A DNA stretch of 64,000 nt from the NCBI GenBank assembly GCA_963771175.1, contig CAVYSY010000057.1, forward strand, positions 96,001 through 160,000, in the 5' to 3' direction. This document shows, one piece after another, positions 41,022 to 50,995 of the stretch; positions within the stretch are counted from its first letter, which is position 1; the number at the start of each line of letters is the position of its first letter. The DNA is from an uncultured delta proteobacterium. Its GTDB lineage: Bacteria > Myxococcota > Myxococcia > Myxococcales > Myxococcaceae. The notes under the pieces are model-generated. The model was not told the origin of the DNA and ran no database searches. It saw nothing but the letters and a program-made list of their open reading frames with translations. Both the position numbers and the translations under genes were made by a program.

Positions 41022-41222
41022 GGCGATTCAGCGCTCGCGGTAGGGGGAACTGGGGACAATCCGGCCGAAGCTAGGAACGAGGCCCCCCATCGCCCAGGTG
41101 GGTCTCCAGGCGCCTTCCTCCGCTCCGCCCTCCTCCGGACAGAGAGCGTCCAGACCGTCCTACCCCTTGTGCTTGCCTGCTCTCGGGGCGTTCGGTAGCG
41201 GTAAATGCACGATGAATGACCC

Positions 41223-42146
41223 ATGCATGGGCGGGCTCGGCTAACCTCCCCCGACGTGCCAGTGTTCGGTCTCGCGGCGTTGTGGAATGGCTCGGCCCGT
41301 GCGGAACGGGTGCGAGAGTTGGTGGAGGGGTTGGGGGCCATGCTGCCCCCGCCGAAGCCACCTGGCCTCGTTGTGTCCTTGCGCGAAGCGGAAGCCACCC
41401 TGGAGCTGAAGGTGGAGGTGGCCAACTACCCCCGCGCCGCGCTGGAGAGCCTGTCGGAGCAGGTGAAGGAGAGCGGCGGCACCCTGGTGGAGCTGTGGCG
41501 CCTGCCCAAGGCCACGCGGGACACGTTCCGCGCCGACGCGCTCACCGGACCGGACGCCCACACCGTGGAGGACTACGAGACCGCGGCCCTCGTGCTGCAC
41601 GGACACCTGCAGCAGCTCGCCGTGCGCGAGCCCATTCCGGACGGGCCACCGCCGGGGCCCTCCTCGGTGCCGATCGAAATCCCGGTCCAGTCCGCCCCGG
41701 CCCGGTCCCCTCGGCCCGAAGCCGCCGAGGAGCCCGCCCCGGCCGAGGGACCCTCCACCGACAAGTTCGCCCTTCCCGACGCGGACACCGAGACCACCCA
41801 GCTCCCCTACCAGACCTTCGACACGGATCGCCGGGGGCGCCGCTTCGCGGTGAAGCTGGAGATGGAGTTCCGCACGGAGCTGGAATTCGTGCGCGAGCAC
41901 GCGACGAACATCTCCAACGGGGGCCTCTTCGTGCGCACGGCGCACCGCCCGCCCGTGGACAGCGTGGTGACGGTCGCCGTGAAGCTGCCCAACGGCGAGC
42001 GCCTGCAGGGCGACGCGCTGGTGGTGCACGTGGTGGACGACCCCTACAAGGGGGGCGTGGGGCTCGCCTTCATCAACGACGACCCCACCTTCTCCGAGAC
42101 GCTCGACCACTACCTGGCGAGCCTGGTCAGCACCCCGGCGAGCTGA
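41223..42146 (+). CDS. PilZ-domain protein (TIGR02266 type)
   Basis: RRGRRF...NISNGGLFV...GGVGLAF at C-terminus. Confidence 0.85.
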   Translation: MHGRARLTSPDVPVFGLAALWNGSARAERVRELVEGLGAMLPPPKPPGLVVSLREAEATLELKVEVANYPRAALESLSEQVKESGGTLVELWRLPKATRDTFRADALTGPDAHTVEDYETAALVLHGHLQQLAVREPIPDGPPPGPSSVPIEIPVQSAPARSPRPEAAEEPAPAEGPSTDKFALPDADTETTQLPYQTFDTDRRGRRFAVKLEMEFRTELEFVREHATNISNGGLFVRTAHRPPVDSVVTVAVKLPNGERLQGDALVVHVVDDPYKGGVGLAFINDDPTFSETLDHYLASLVSTPAS

Positions 42147-42150
42147 CGCC

Positions 42151-45100
42151 CTACCCCACCGACACCGTGGGCCGTGCCTCGGGGGCCAAAGGGACCAGGA
42201 GTCCCGGCTCGCCCACCACGACGAGCCGGCTGCGCCCCGCGCCCTGCTTCACCACGCGCACCTGCACGCCGATGCGCTCGGCCAGCCCGGACACGTGGGA
42301 GATGATGCCCACCTGCCGGCCCGTGGCCTGGAGCGCGTCGAGCGTGGCCAGTGCCACCTCCAGCGTCTCCGGGTCCAGGGTGCCGAAGCCCTCGTCGATG
42401 AAGAGGGTCTCCACCTGGGTCGTCTCCGAGGAGAGCGAGGCGAGTCCCAGGGCCAGTGCCAGGGAGACGAGGAAGCCCTCTCCGCCCGAGAGGCTGGAGA
42501 CGGCGCGCACCTCGTCGCCCATGTCCCGGTCCACCACCTGCAGATCCAGGTCGTACTTCGGCACGCGCATGAGGCGGTAGCGCGGGGCCAGCTCGTCCAG
42601 GTGCGCGTTGGCGTGGTGCAGGAGCGCGTCCAGCGTGAGGCTCTGGGCGAACACCTTGAACTTCTTGCCATCGTGCGAGCCGATGAGCTCGCTGAGCGTG
42701 CGCCACACGCCGCCGGCACGCTGCTTCTCCTCCAGGAGCCGGGCCTGCTCGCCATGGCGGCGGCGGGCCTCGTCGTCCTGTTCGAGCCGGGCCTTCACGG
42801 TGGCAACGGCCTGACGCCGGGCCTCGGTGTCCGCTCGGGCCCGCTCACACGCGGTGGGGGCCTCCGCCTCGGAGAGGGACGGGAGGCCGGAAGCCTCGTG
42901 CCGGGTGCGCTGGCCCTCACGCTCCTTCAACACGGAGAGGGCGTGCTCGTGCGACTGACGCAGCGCGGACAGCGCGCGCTCCTCGGCCTCGCACCAGGCG
43001 GCGTCCCTCGCGAGCAGGGCCCGCACGGCTTCCAGCGTGAGGCTCCGTTCGGACAACAGCGCGGAGAGCGCCGCCTCGGCCTCGGCCTTCGCGGTGCTCG
43101 CGGCTTCACGGGTGCGCACCGCCTCCCCGACGAGCGCGGCGATGGTGGCCGCCGCCTGCTTCGCCTTCTCGGCCTCGGCGCGCACGGACTCAAAGGCCCG
43201 GGAGGCCTCCTCCAGCTCCCGGTGGAGCGTGGCACGGACCTCGGCGGTGGGCCGCCCGCCGAGCAGCGCCCCACGTGTGGCCTGAGTCTCGCGCAGCAGT
43301 TCCTGTGCTCGGGCCAGCGCCCCCGCGCAGTCCTCGGTCTGCGTGTGCCGCAAGCCGGCCGTGGCCTCCGCGGGAGCCCGCTTCGCCTCGGCCTGGACCA
43401 CCCGCGCCTCCGCCTCGCGCAGCGCCTGCTCGCGGGTATTCCACTCCGCCACCCACTTCGCGCAGCGCATCCGGAAGCTCACGGGGTCGGCCGTCAGCGA
43501 CTCCTGCCAGCGCTGCGAGTCCTTGAAGGGAGTCGCCAGCCCCACCAGCACCTCCTGGCGGACCTCCGAGGCCCGAGTCAGCTCACGCTCGGACACCGCC
43601 TGGGCCTCGACGTTCTGGCGCAGCGCCTCCTCCGACTGGCGCAGCACCTTCTCCGTCTCCTCCTGGCGCTCGCGCGCGACGGTGAGCGCGGCCCGGGCCT
43701 CCTTCGCCGCCCGAGCCAGCTTCTCCGCCGCCTCCTCCTCGGTCTTCAGCACGGCCAGTCGCGCCTTCGCCTCCGCGAGCGCCGCCTCCAGCCACGACTC
43801 GACGCCCTCGGCCTCCGCGTCCTCCGGGGGCAGGTCTCCCACGAGCTTCGCCCGGCAGGTGCTCCAGGACTCGCGCTGCTGCGCACGCCGCTTCGCCGCG
43901 GCCTCCCGGCGAGCCTCCGCCTGTGATGCCCGAGGGCCAGCCCCCGCCGCCCGCGCGCTGGCCGTGGCCTCCGCCCGAGTCGCCACCGTCCGCTCGCCCT
44001 CCAGCGCCTCCACCCGCCCCCGCGCCTCCACGACGAGCCCCTCCAGCGCCGCCTCCGCGCGGCCATAGGGGTGCTCCGTGGCACCGCACAACGGGCAGGG
44101 CTCGCCCTCGCGCAGCTCCGCCCGGTGCTCCGAGAAGCCCTGCGCCGCCCTCGCCCCGTCGAGCGCGCGCTGCGCCTCCTTCAGTGCGGCCTCGTGCTCG
44201 ATGCGGCGCACCTTCGCGGCCTCGGCCTCGGCCGTCGCGGACGCCTGCTCCGCCCGGGCCTTGTCGGCCTCCTCGGCGGCCTCCTGTTCAGCGCGCGCAG
44301 CCTCGCTCGCGCCCTTGCGTGCCTCCGTCAGCGCGCGCAGCCCCTCCTGCCGGGACAGCAGCGACTCACGCCGGGTCCGCCGCTCCGCGCCGGCATCCTC
44401 GCCCTGCGCGGCCTCGGCGCTGGCCACGGTGGCCTCCGCCGCCTGCACGGCCTCGCCCGCCTCGCGACGCTCCTCACGTCGGAGATCGACCTCCGCGCGC
44501 AGGGACTCCGCCTGGGTCCGCAGCTTCGTGAGCGAGTCGCGGGCCACGGTCTCTTCCTGCGTCGCGCGGCCATAGCGGGTGAGCTCGGCCTCCCACCGGG
44601 GCCACTCGCGGGCCAGCGCCTCCAGGCGCCCGTGCTCGCTGAGCCATGCCCGCGCCACATCCACGTCCGCGCGCGCGGCCGACTCCTCCTTGGCCACCCG
44701 CGCCACCTCGTCCCCGGCCAACCGCTCGGACTCCCGGGCCGCGTCCAGCTTTCGCGCCGCCTCCTGCTCATCGCTCCGCGCCCGCTCCAGCGCGGCATCC
44801 AGCTTCACGGCCTCTTCCAGCGCCGGGCGCGCGGTGGCTTCCGCTTCCACCGCCGCGTTCTTCCGCGCCTCCGCCTTCGCCCGTGCTTCCTCATGCTTCT
44901 GCGCCGAGGCCCGTGCCGACTCCTCCTCCGCGCGCCGCGCCGTCAGCGCCGAGTCCGCGTCCTCCAGTCGCCGCGCCGTCTCGTCCACGCGAGCCACCGG
45001 GGCGCGCAGCACCTCCGCCGAGCGCACCCGAGCCAGCTCCACCTTCCGAGGCTCCGCGGCCTCCACCGCCTGCGCCGCTCGCTGGCGTGCCTGCTCCGCC

Positions 45101-45936
45101 TCGGCCTCCTGTGCCACCAGCCGAGCCCGCTCCGTGTACCAGTGCGCCGCCTGCTCCGCCCGAGCCTGCGCCGCCTGGGCCTCCGCCTGCGCCGCCTCCT
45201 CGCGCGTCCTCAGCTCCTCCTGAGCCGCGCGGTCTTCGTCCGTCAGCCGGGCGATGGCCGCCACGCCATGCGCCAGCTTCTCCAGCTCCTCCTGCAACTC
45301 CTTGTGGCGCTGGTGCGCGGCCGTGGACAGCTTGCTGTACACCTCCGTCCCCGTCATCCGCTCCAGCAGCTCCGCGCGCTCGTTGGCGTCCGCGCGCAGG
45401 AAGGCCGCGAACTCCCCCTGCGCCAGCAGCGCCGAGCGCCGGAACTGGTCGAAGGACAGGCCCAGCCGCTCTTCAATCGCCTTGAGCACCTCGGACTTCG
45501 TGCGCCCGAAGGTCTGCCCGGTGGCCACGTCGGTGAGGACCATCTCCTGCGCCTGGAAGCGGCCCTCGGCCTTGCTGCGCGCCCGGCGCACCGTCCAGCG
45601 CGCGCGGTAGCGCCGGCCGTCCCTGCCCAGGAAGTCCACCTCGGCGAAGCCCTCGCCCGCCCCGCGCCGCAACACGCCGCGCACGTCGTTGGCCAGCAGC
45701 CGCGCGTCCACTTCCTCGTCCGGGCGCCCCACCGGAACGCCCCCGCGCTCGCCCAGCCGCGGCGTGCGGTCGAAGAGGGCCAGGCACATGGCGTCCAGCA
45801 GCGTGCTCTTGCCCGCGCCCGTGGCGCCGGTGATGGCGAACAGCCCCAGCTTGTCGAGCGGCGCCTGGTCCATCGCCAGGGCGAAGTCGCCCGCGAGGCT
45901 CGCCAGGTTGCGTCCGCGGATGGTGAGGATTCTCAA
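42151..45936 (-). CDS. sbcC: Exonuclease SbcC (Rad50-like)
   Basis: TTG start, GATGAGKS, coiled coil, CPLCG zinc hook, LSGGE, FIDEGFGTLD, IISH. Confidence 0.93.
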   Translation of the reverse strand: MRILTIRGRNLASLAGDFALAMDQAPLDKLGLFAITGATGAGKSTLLDAMCLALFDRTPRLGERGGVPVGRPDEEVDARLLANDVRGVLRRGAGEGFAEVDFLGRDGRRYRARWTVRRARSKAEGRFQAQEMVLTDVATGQTFGRTKSEVLKAIEERLGLSFDQFRRSALLAQGEFAAFLRADANERAELLERMTGTEVYSKLSTAAHQRHKELQEELEKLAHGVAAIARLTDEDRAAQEELRTREEAAQAEAQAAQARAEQAAHWYTERARLVAQEAEAEQARQRAAQAVEAAEPRKVELARVRSAEVLRAPVARVDETARRLEDADSALTARRAEEESARASAQKHEEARAKAEARKNAAVEAEATARPALEEAVKLDAALERARSDEQEAARKLDAARESERLAGDEVARVAKEESAARADVDVARAWLSEHGRLEALAREWPRWEAELTRYGRATQEETVARDSLTKLRTQAESLRAEVDLRREERREAGEAVQAAEATVASAEAAQGEDAGAERRTRRESLLSRQEGLRALTEARKGASEAARAEQEAAEEADKARAEQASATAEAEAAKVRRIEHEAALKEAQRALDGARAAQGFSEHRAELREGEPCPLCGATEHPYGRAEAALEGLVVEARGRVEALEGERTVATRAEATASARAAGAGPRASQAEARREAAAKRRAQQRESWSTCRAKLVGDLPPEDAEAEGVESWLEAALAEAKARLAVLKTEEEAAEKLARAAKEARAALTVARERQEETEKVLRQSEEALRQNVEAQAVSERELTRASEVRQEVLVGLATPFKDSQRWQESLTADPVSFRMRCAKWVAEWNTREQALREAEARVVQAEAKRAPAEATAGLRHTQTEDCAGALARAQELLRETQATRGALLGGRPTAEVRATLHRELEEASRAFESVRAEAEKAKQAAATIAALVGEAVRTREAASTAKAEAEAALSALLSERSLTLEAVRALLARDAAWCEAEERALSALRQSHEHALSVLKEREGQRTRHEASGLPSLSEAEAPTACERARADTEARRQAVATVKARLEQDDEARRRHGEQARLLEEKQRAGGVWRTLSELIGSHDGKKFKVFAQSLTLDALLHHANAHLDELAPRYRLMRVPKYDLDLQVVDRDMGDEVRAVSSLSGGEGFLVSLALALGLASLSSETTQVETLFIDEGFGTLDPETLEVALATLDALQATGRQVGIISHVSGLAERIGVQVRVVKQGAGRSRLVVVGEPGLLVPLAPEARPTVSVG

Positions 45937-47177
45937 GACGCGTCCTCCTGCACCTGGGTGAGGAGCGAGTGGAAGGCCTCGAGCAGCGCCGCGTCGGGCG
46001 GCTCGGTGTAGTCGCGCGCGTAGCGGGCGCGGAAGACGTCCTCGGGGGTGCGCTCCTTGAGGGAGACACCCGGCCGGTCCTCCGCGAGCGCGTTGCCGGT
46101 GCCGGTGTACTCCGGGGTGAGCTTCACCAGCCGCGCGGCCTTGCCCTCGAGCGCGTCCTCCACCCGGCGGCGCAGCGCGGGCTCGGGGCGGGGCAGCGCG
46201 ACGCGCACCTCCAGGTAGGGGCGCCGCCAGTCGGGCGTCTCGGGCTCCAGCGCGGGCAAGGCCTCCAGCAGCGCCACCACATCCTCGAGCGTGGCCGTGT
46301 CGCGCGAGGGCACCCGCAGCATCTCCACCCGGCGAGGCACGTGCAGCGGCCTCACGGAGGAGAGTTGCTCGCCGTCCAGCTCCACGAGCAGCACCTGGTG
46401 CGAGTAGCTCGCCTCGGAGAGCGACAGGGGAAGGGGCGAGCCGCTGTAGCGCACGCCCTCGCGCCCGCCCACCCGCTGCGCCTTGTGCAGGTGCCCGAGC
46501 GCCGCGTACGCCACGTCCTCGGGGAAGAGGTCCACCGGGAGCGCGTGCTGGTTGCCCCCGAGAATCTTGCGCTCGCTGAGCGCGGAGAGCTCGGTGCCCA
46601 CCATGTAGCAGTGGCCCATGGCCACGAGCGCCTGGCCCGGCTTGCGCTTCGCGCGCGCGCCCTCCAGCACCTCGGCGTACACCGAGCGCACGCCCTCGAC
46701 GAGCTTGTCCCCCACCTCCTCGGAGATGAGCGGCAGGTCCGCGGGCCGCAGGTAGGGCACCGCCGCCACCCACGCGCCCACCTTGCCCTGCGCGTCCTTC
46801 AGCGGCACCAGCAGGCGCTCCAGGTCCACCGCGCCGCTCGACTTCGGCAGCCCGCCCACCACGCGCACGTCGAGCGCGGAGAAGAGCGGATCCGGCGCAT
46901 CCAGCCGCGCCGCCGAGTCGTGGTTGCCACCGATGACGACGAGGTCCAACTTCGGGCAGCGGCGCCGGGCGCGAGCGACGAACTGGTACCAGGCGGCCTG
47001 GGCCTCGGCGCTGGGGTTGGCGGTGTCGAAGATGTCGCCGGCCACCAGCAGCGCGTCCACCTTCTGCGCCTCCAGCGTGTCCAGCAGCCAGTCGAGGAAG
47101 GCCGCGTGCTCGGCCTCACGGGACGTGTCGTACAGCGTGTGGCCGAGGTGCCAGTCCGATGTGTGCAGCAGGCGCAT
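45933..47177 (-). CDS. sbcD: Exonuclease SbcD (Mre11-like)
   Basis: HTSDWHLG, AGDIFD, GNHDS, LGHLH, YSGSPLPLS. Confidence 0.95.
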   Translation of the reverse strand: MRLLHTSDWHLGHTLYDTSREAEHAAFLDWLLDTLEAQKVDALLVAGDIFDTANPSAEAQAAWYQFVARARRRCPKLDLVVIGGNHDSAARLDAPDPLFSALDVRVVGGLPKSSGAVDLERLLVPLKDAQGKVGAWVAAVPYLRPADLPLISEEVGDKLVEGVRSVYAEVLEGARAKRKPGQALVAMGHCYMVGTELSALSERKILGGNQHALPVDLFPEDVAYAALGHLHKAQRVGGREGVRYSGSPLPLSLSEASYSHQVLLVELDGEQLSSVRPLHVPRRVEMLRVPSRDTATLEDVVALLEALPALEPETPDWRRPYLEVRVALPRPEPALRRRVEDALEGKAARLVKLTPEYTGTGNALAEDRPGVSLKERTPEDVFRARYARDYTEPPDAALLEAFHSLLTQVQEDAS

Positions 47178-47380
47178 CCGTACACTCCCCTCCTGCGTCC
47201 GCCGCGAGCCGGAGGAGGACGTCCCGCCCTGCTCGCACGTTCAGGCGGCGCGCAGTGTGCCCGCAGGAGCATGCGGTGCCAACACCGGGCTTGAGACCTA
47301 CATCGGGGACCCGGAGGCTACCTGACAGGAGCAAGCATCCTGGAAAAGTGCGGTGCGGATGCTGATTCCAGGGGTTTCAC

Positions 47381-47487
47381 TCGTCACCGGTGACGACCGG
47401 ATTGGCCCTTCTCCGTTCCGCTTGTCACCGGTGACAACCGGATTGGCCCTCCTCGCGTTCCGCTTGTCACCGGTGACAACCGGATTG
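47381..47487. repeat. Three tandem 41-42 bp units each with a 16-bp palindrome
   Basis: GTCACCGGTGAC cores at 47383, 47424, 47466, each followed by (G/A)ACCGGATTG. Confidence 0.85.
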
Positions 47488-47504
47488 ATCCCGGAAAGGG
47501 AAGG

Positions 47505-47538
47505 CCCTCACTCAAGCCCTCTCTTGGTGGGAGAGGGG
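47505..47538. repeat. REP-like hairpin
   Basis: CCCTCACTCAAG-CCCTCTC-TTGGTGG-GAGAGGG immediately after the PhzF-family stop codon. Confidence 0.55.
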
Positions 47539-47540
47539 CT

Positions 47541-48333
47541 TCACAGGATGATGTGGCCCTCGAGGTACAGCACGGCCTGTCCGGCGAGGCCCACGCGCTC
47601 GCCGCGGTCCTCGCACTGGAGCACGCCGCCACGGTGGGACACCTGGTGCGCCAGCAACTGCGACTTGCCCAGCTTCTGGGCCCAGTAGGGCACCAGCGAG
47701 CAGTGCGCCGAGCCCGTCACCGGATCCTCCGGCACGCCCACCCGCGGCGCGAAGAAGCGCGAGACGAAGTCCGCCTGCGTGCCCGGAGCCGTCGCCGCCA
47801 CCGCGAACAAGTCCAGCGCCGCCAGCTTCGCCATGTCCGGGTTGAGCGCCCGCACCTGCTCCTCGCTGTCGAAGACGGCCACCAGGTCGCGCGACAGCAG
47901 CGTCTCGCGCGGCTCGGCGCCCAGCGCCTCCACCAGCCCCTCCGGAATCGGGCACGGCTCGGGCGGCCGCGAGGGGAAGTCCATCTCCAGCCAGCCCTCC
48001 TCCCGCTCCGTCACCACCAGCGGCCCCGAGCGCGAGTTGAACTGCGCCTTCTCCAGCCCCGGTGCCAGCCGCGTGAAGAGGATGTAGGCCGCGGCCAGCG
48101 TGGCATGACCGCACAGGTCCACCTCCTGCGTCGGGGTGAACCAGCGCGATCTGCCAGCCGCGCACCTCGTCGCGCAGCACGAAGGCCGTCTCCGAGAGGT
48201 TGTTCTCCAGGGCGATGGCCTGCAGCACGTCATCCGGGAGCCACGCGTCGAGCGGGCACACCGCCGCGGGGTTGCCTCCGAAGACCTGGGAGGTGAAGGC
48301 GTCGACCTGATAGAGGCGCAGGCGGATGGACAT
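47541..48333 (-). CDS. PhzF-family isomerase/epimerase, frameshift near 48150
   Basis: QVDAFT..FGGNPAAV, NLSETAFV, RWFTPTQEVDLCGHATLA, EDPVTGSAH. Confidence 0.88.
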
Positions 48334-48349
48334 GGAACGACGACTTACC

Positions 48350-49082
48350 TCAACCTGAGGAGTCGTGCGACCCCAGGGCCCGCAGGAAGAGCCCTCGAAC
48401 CCGTTCGCCGAGCGCCCCATCGTCTTCCCCGAAGTCCTCTGGGCGTATGGGGGGCAGCACCCGGATGCGCACCCGCGCGCGGGGGCTCATCCACGGACCA
48501 TCCCCCTCCACCAGCTCCGTGGTGCCCTCGAGCACCACCGGCACCAGCGGCACCCGCTCCTCCAGGGCCAGCCGGAAGGCGCCGCGCCGGAAGGGCAGCA
48601 GCCGCCCCCCCTGCGCGTAGGTGCCCTCGGGGAAGAGGAGCACCGGCATGCCCCGGCGCAGCCACCCACGGCAGACGTCCAGCATCTCGCGCATGGACTG
48701 GTGCCGCCCCCGCTCCACCGCGCACGTAGCGCAGGAGGCTCATCATCCACCCCACCAGCGGAACCCGGAACAGCGAGGCCTTGGAGACGAACTTGAAGGG
48801 GTGGAACAGACCCATGGCGGCGAGGATGTCCGCCATGGACTGGTGGTTGGCCACCAGCACGCACGGGCCCTCGGGCAGCAGCTCGCGCCCCTCCACCCGC
48901 GTCCGCCACCCCGGCCAGACGCGCAGGTACTGGAAGCACCAGTGGCACACGTACGTGTGCAGCACGCGCCGCTCCGGGTCGAACGGCAGCGTGAGCAGCC
49001 ACAGCACCACGCCCAGCAGGAACCCGGGCACCGCCGTCAGCCCGAAGACGGCCCAGAACCAGAGCGTGGCGAGGTACTTCAC
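48350..49082 (-). CDS. 1-acyl-sn-glycerol-3-phosphate acyltransferase (PlsC family), frameshift near 48720
   Basis: ANHQSMADI and FPEGT motifs in adjacent frames; GTG overlaps upstream TGA. Confidence 0.85.
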
Positions 49083-49867
49083 TTGGACGAGTTGAGGACG
49101 CTGGCGAACTGCATGGCGTAGTTCACCTCCAGCCCTCCATCCACCACCAGCGTCTGCCCGTTGACGTACGAGGAGCCCTCGGAGCACAGCCACTCAATCG
49201 TCTTGGCGATGTCATCCGCGCTGGCCACGTAGCCCACGGGGACGCTCTCCTTCACCTTGGCCTCGAGCGCGGCCCAGGCATCTCCCATGTAGAAGCGGCT
49301 GGAGTCGGTGTCGATGTAGCCCGGGTTGACGGCGTTGACGCGGATACCGGAGGAGGCCAGCTCGGCGGCCAGGTACTTCACCAGAATCTCCATGGCGCCC
49401 TTCATCGCGCCGAGGAAGCCGTGGAAGGGCAGCGGCATGCGCGAGTCCATGCCGGACACCATGACGATGCGGCCCTTGCGGCCCTCCATCAGCGGCACGG
49501 CGCGCTGGGCGCCCAGCAGGAAGCTCTTCACCGTGACGTTGAACGTCTTGTCCATCTGGTGGAGCTTCATCTGCATGAGCGGGGTGAAGGCGGTGGAGGC
49601 GGCGTTGGCCACGAAGACGTCCAGCCCGCTGAACTCCTGCTGGACCACGTCGAAGGCGGCATGGAGGCTGGCCGGCTCGAGCTGATCCGCGATGACGGCG
49701 CGGCAGCGGCGGCCGAGCGCCTCCACTTCCTTCACGAGGGCCTCGGCGGCCTCGGCGTCGCGCCGGTAGGTGGAGACGATGTCGTAACCCGCCTTCGCGA
49801 GTCTCAGGGAGAGGGCGCGGCCCACGCCACGCGAGCCGCCGGTGATGAGCGCCACGGGAGCAGTCAT
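49079..49867 (-). CDS. SDR oxidoreductase, enoyl-ACP reductase FabL-like
   Basis: [23 protein letters not shown] (no canonical Tyr at YxxxK), [11 protein letters not shown]. Confidence 0.75.
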   Translation of the reverse strand: MTAPVALITGGSRGVGRALSLRLAKAGYDIVSTYRRDAEAAEALVKEVEALGRRCRAVIADQLEPASLHAAFDVVQQEFSGLDVFVANAASTAFTPLMQMKLHQMDKTFNVTVKSFLLGAQRAVPLMEGRKGRIVMVSGMDSRMPLPFHGFLGAMKGAMEILVKYLAAELASSGIRVNAVNPGYIDTDSSRFYMGDAWAALEAKVKESVPVGYVASADDIAKTIEWLCSEGSSYVNGQTLVVDGGLEVNYAMQFASVLNSSK

Positions 49868-50097
49868 GCCCCCGGGCATACCACCTTCCACACGCCTCCG
49901 GCCGGTGTCCTGATTCAGCTCACTCCCGGGACGGATTGTTCGATTCCGGGACAGGCTCGCCCAGGTGCCATTTCCCCAGGTATTCCAACAGTTTGAGCCC
50001 CATATTGCCAGGTTTGTTTACAAACCCGATGCGCCGCCATGGTCCACCCGCGCCGGAGCCGGAGGGAGACTCCCCAGGAAGTCCGCGCACTTGGACG

Positions 50098-50114
50098 TTG
50101 GCACGGCCAGTGCT
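50098..50114 (+). promoter_or_regulatory. Candidate sigma54 (-24/-12) promoter
   Basis: TTGGCACGGCCAGTGCT: GG-N10-GC with the TGGCACG -24 element. Confidence 0.55.
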
Positions 50115-50252
50115 CAAGAGAGGTCCGTCGAATACGACGCGTCCCCTCAAGAACCTGACGCGACTGGAGGGCTCCGGGTTCCCCACCAACCCGGGGCCCT
50201 CATCATTTCTGGAGCCAGGGTCGAGGGACGTCCAGCGCTAGAGTGCGCCGCC

Positions 50253-50957
50253 ATGCACGTCGCGCCCGGCCCCTCCCCGACTCCCGCCGGCCCTCGCTGG
50301 CTCTACCTGCACGGCTTCGCCTCCGGCCCCGGCTCCGCCAAGGGCGTGGCCCTCGCCGAGCACTACGCGCGCCAGGGCATCCACCTGGAGCGGTTGGACC
50401 TGCGCCAGCCCTCGCTCGAGCACCTGCGCCTGAGCGCGATGATGAGGACGGTGCGCGACGCCATCGGCGGCGAGCGGGACCGGGCCATCCTCTTCGGCTC
50501 CAGCCTGGGCGGGCTGACGGCCTGCCGCGTGGCCGAGGAAGACTCCCGGGTGTGCGCGCTGGTGCTGCTGGCGCCGGCCCTGCGCGCCTCGGAGCAGATG
50601 CGGCGCAACGTGGGCGAGCGGAACCTGCGCCAGTGGCGGGAGACGGGCTGGCTGGAGACCCAGGACTACGCGGAGAAGCGGATGGCCCGGGTCCACTTCG
50701 GCCTCATCGAGGACCTCGACGCCATCGAGGCGCGCTCGGAGGGCTGGCCGGACGTGCGGGTGCCCACGCTCCTCATCCACGGGAGCCGGGACACCACCAC
50801 CCTGCCGCCGTACTCCCGCACGTGGGCGCGCGGCAAACGCCACGTCCGCCTCGTCGAGGTGGACGACGGCCACGAGCTGGTGGACTCGCTCGGGCGCATC
50901 GCCGCCGAGGCGGACGACTTCCTGCGGCCCTTCCTCGCGCCGCCCGAGCCCCGGTAG
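50253..50957 (+). CDS. YqiA/YcfP-family alpha/beta hydrolase (esterase)
   Basis: LYLHGFASGP, GSSLGG, IHGSRD, DDGHEL. Confidence 0.88.
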   Translation: MHVAPGPSPTPAGPRWLYLHGFASGPGSAKGVALAEHYARQGIHLERLDLRQPSLEHLRLSAMMRTVRDAIGGERDRAILFGSSLGGLTACRVAEEDSRVCALVLLAPALRASEQMRRNVGERNLRQWRETGWLETQDYAEKRMARVHFGLIEDLDAIEARSEGWPDVRVPTLLIHGSRDTTTLPPYSRTWARGKRHVRLVEVDDGHELVDSLGRIAAEADDFLRPFLAPPEPR

Positions 50958-50995
50958 GACGCGCCCCGCTCCCAGGGAGCGGGGGCGGCGTCACC

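Noticed and set aside
45937..46773. N-terminal extension of SbcC in the ORF track
   Set aside because: Overlaps sbcD in another frame; SbcC homology begins at TTG 45936.
42151..47177. SMC-type defence system (Wadjet/Lamassu)
   Set aside because: Canonical sbcD-sbcC pair with zinc hook in a core context; no kleisin or effector genes.
47381..47487. CRISPR array
   Set aside because: Only three units, the intervening segments are near-identical and about 20 bp rather than unique spacers, and there are no cas genes in the window.
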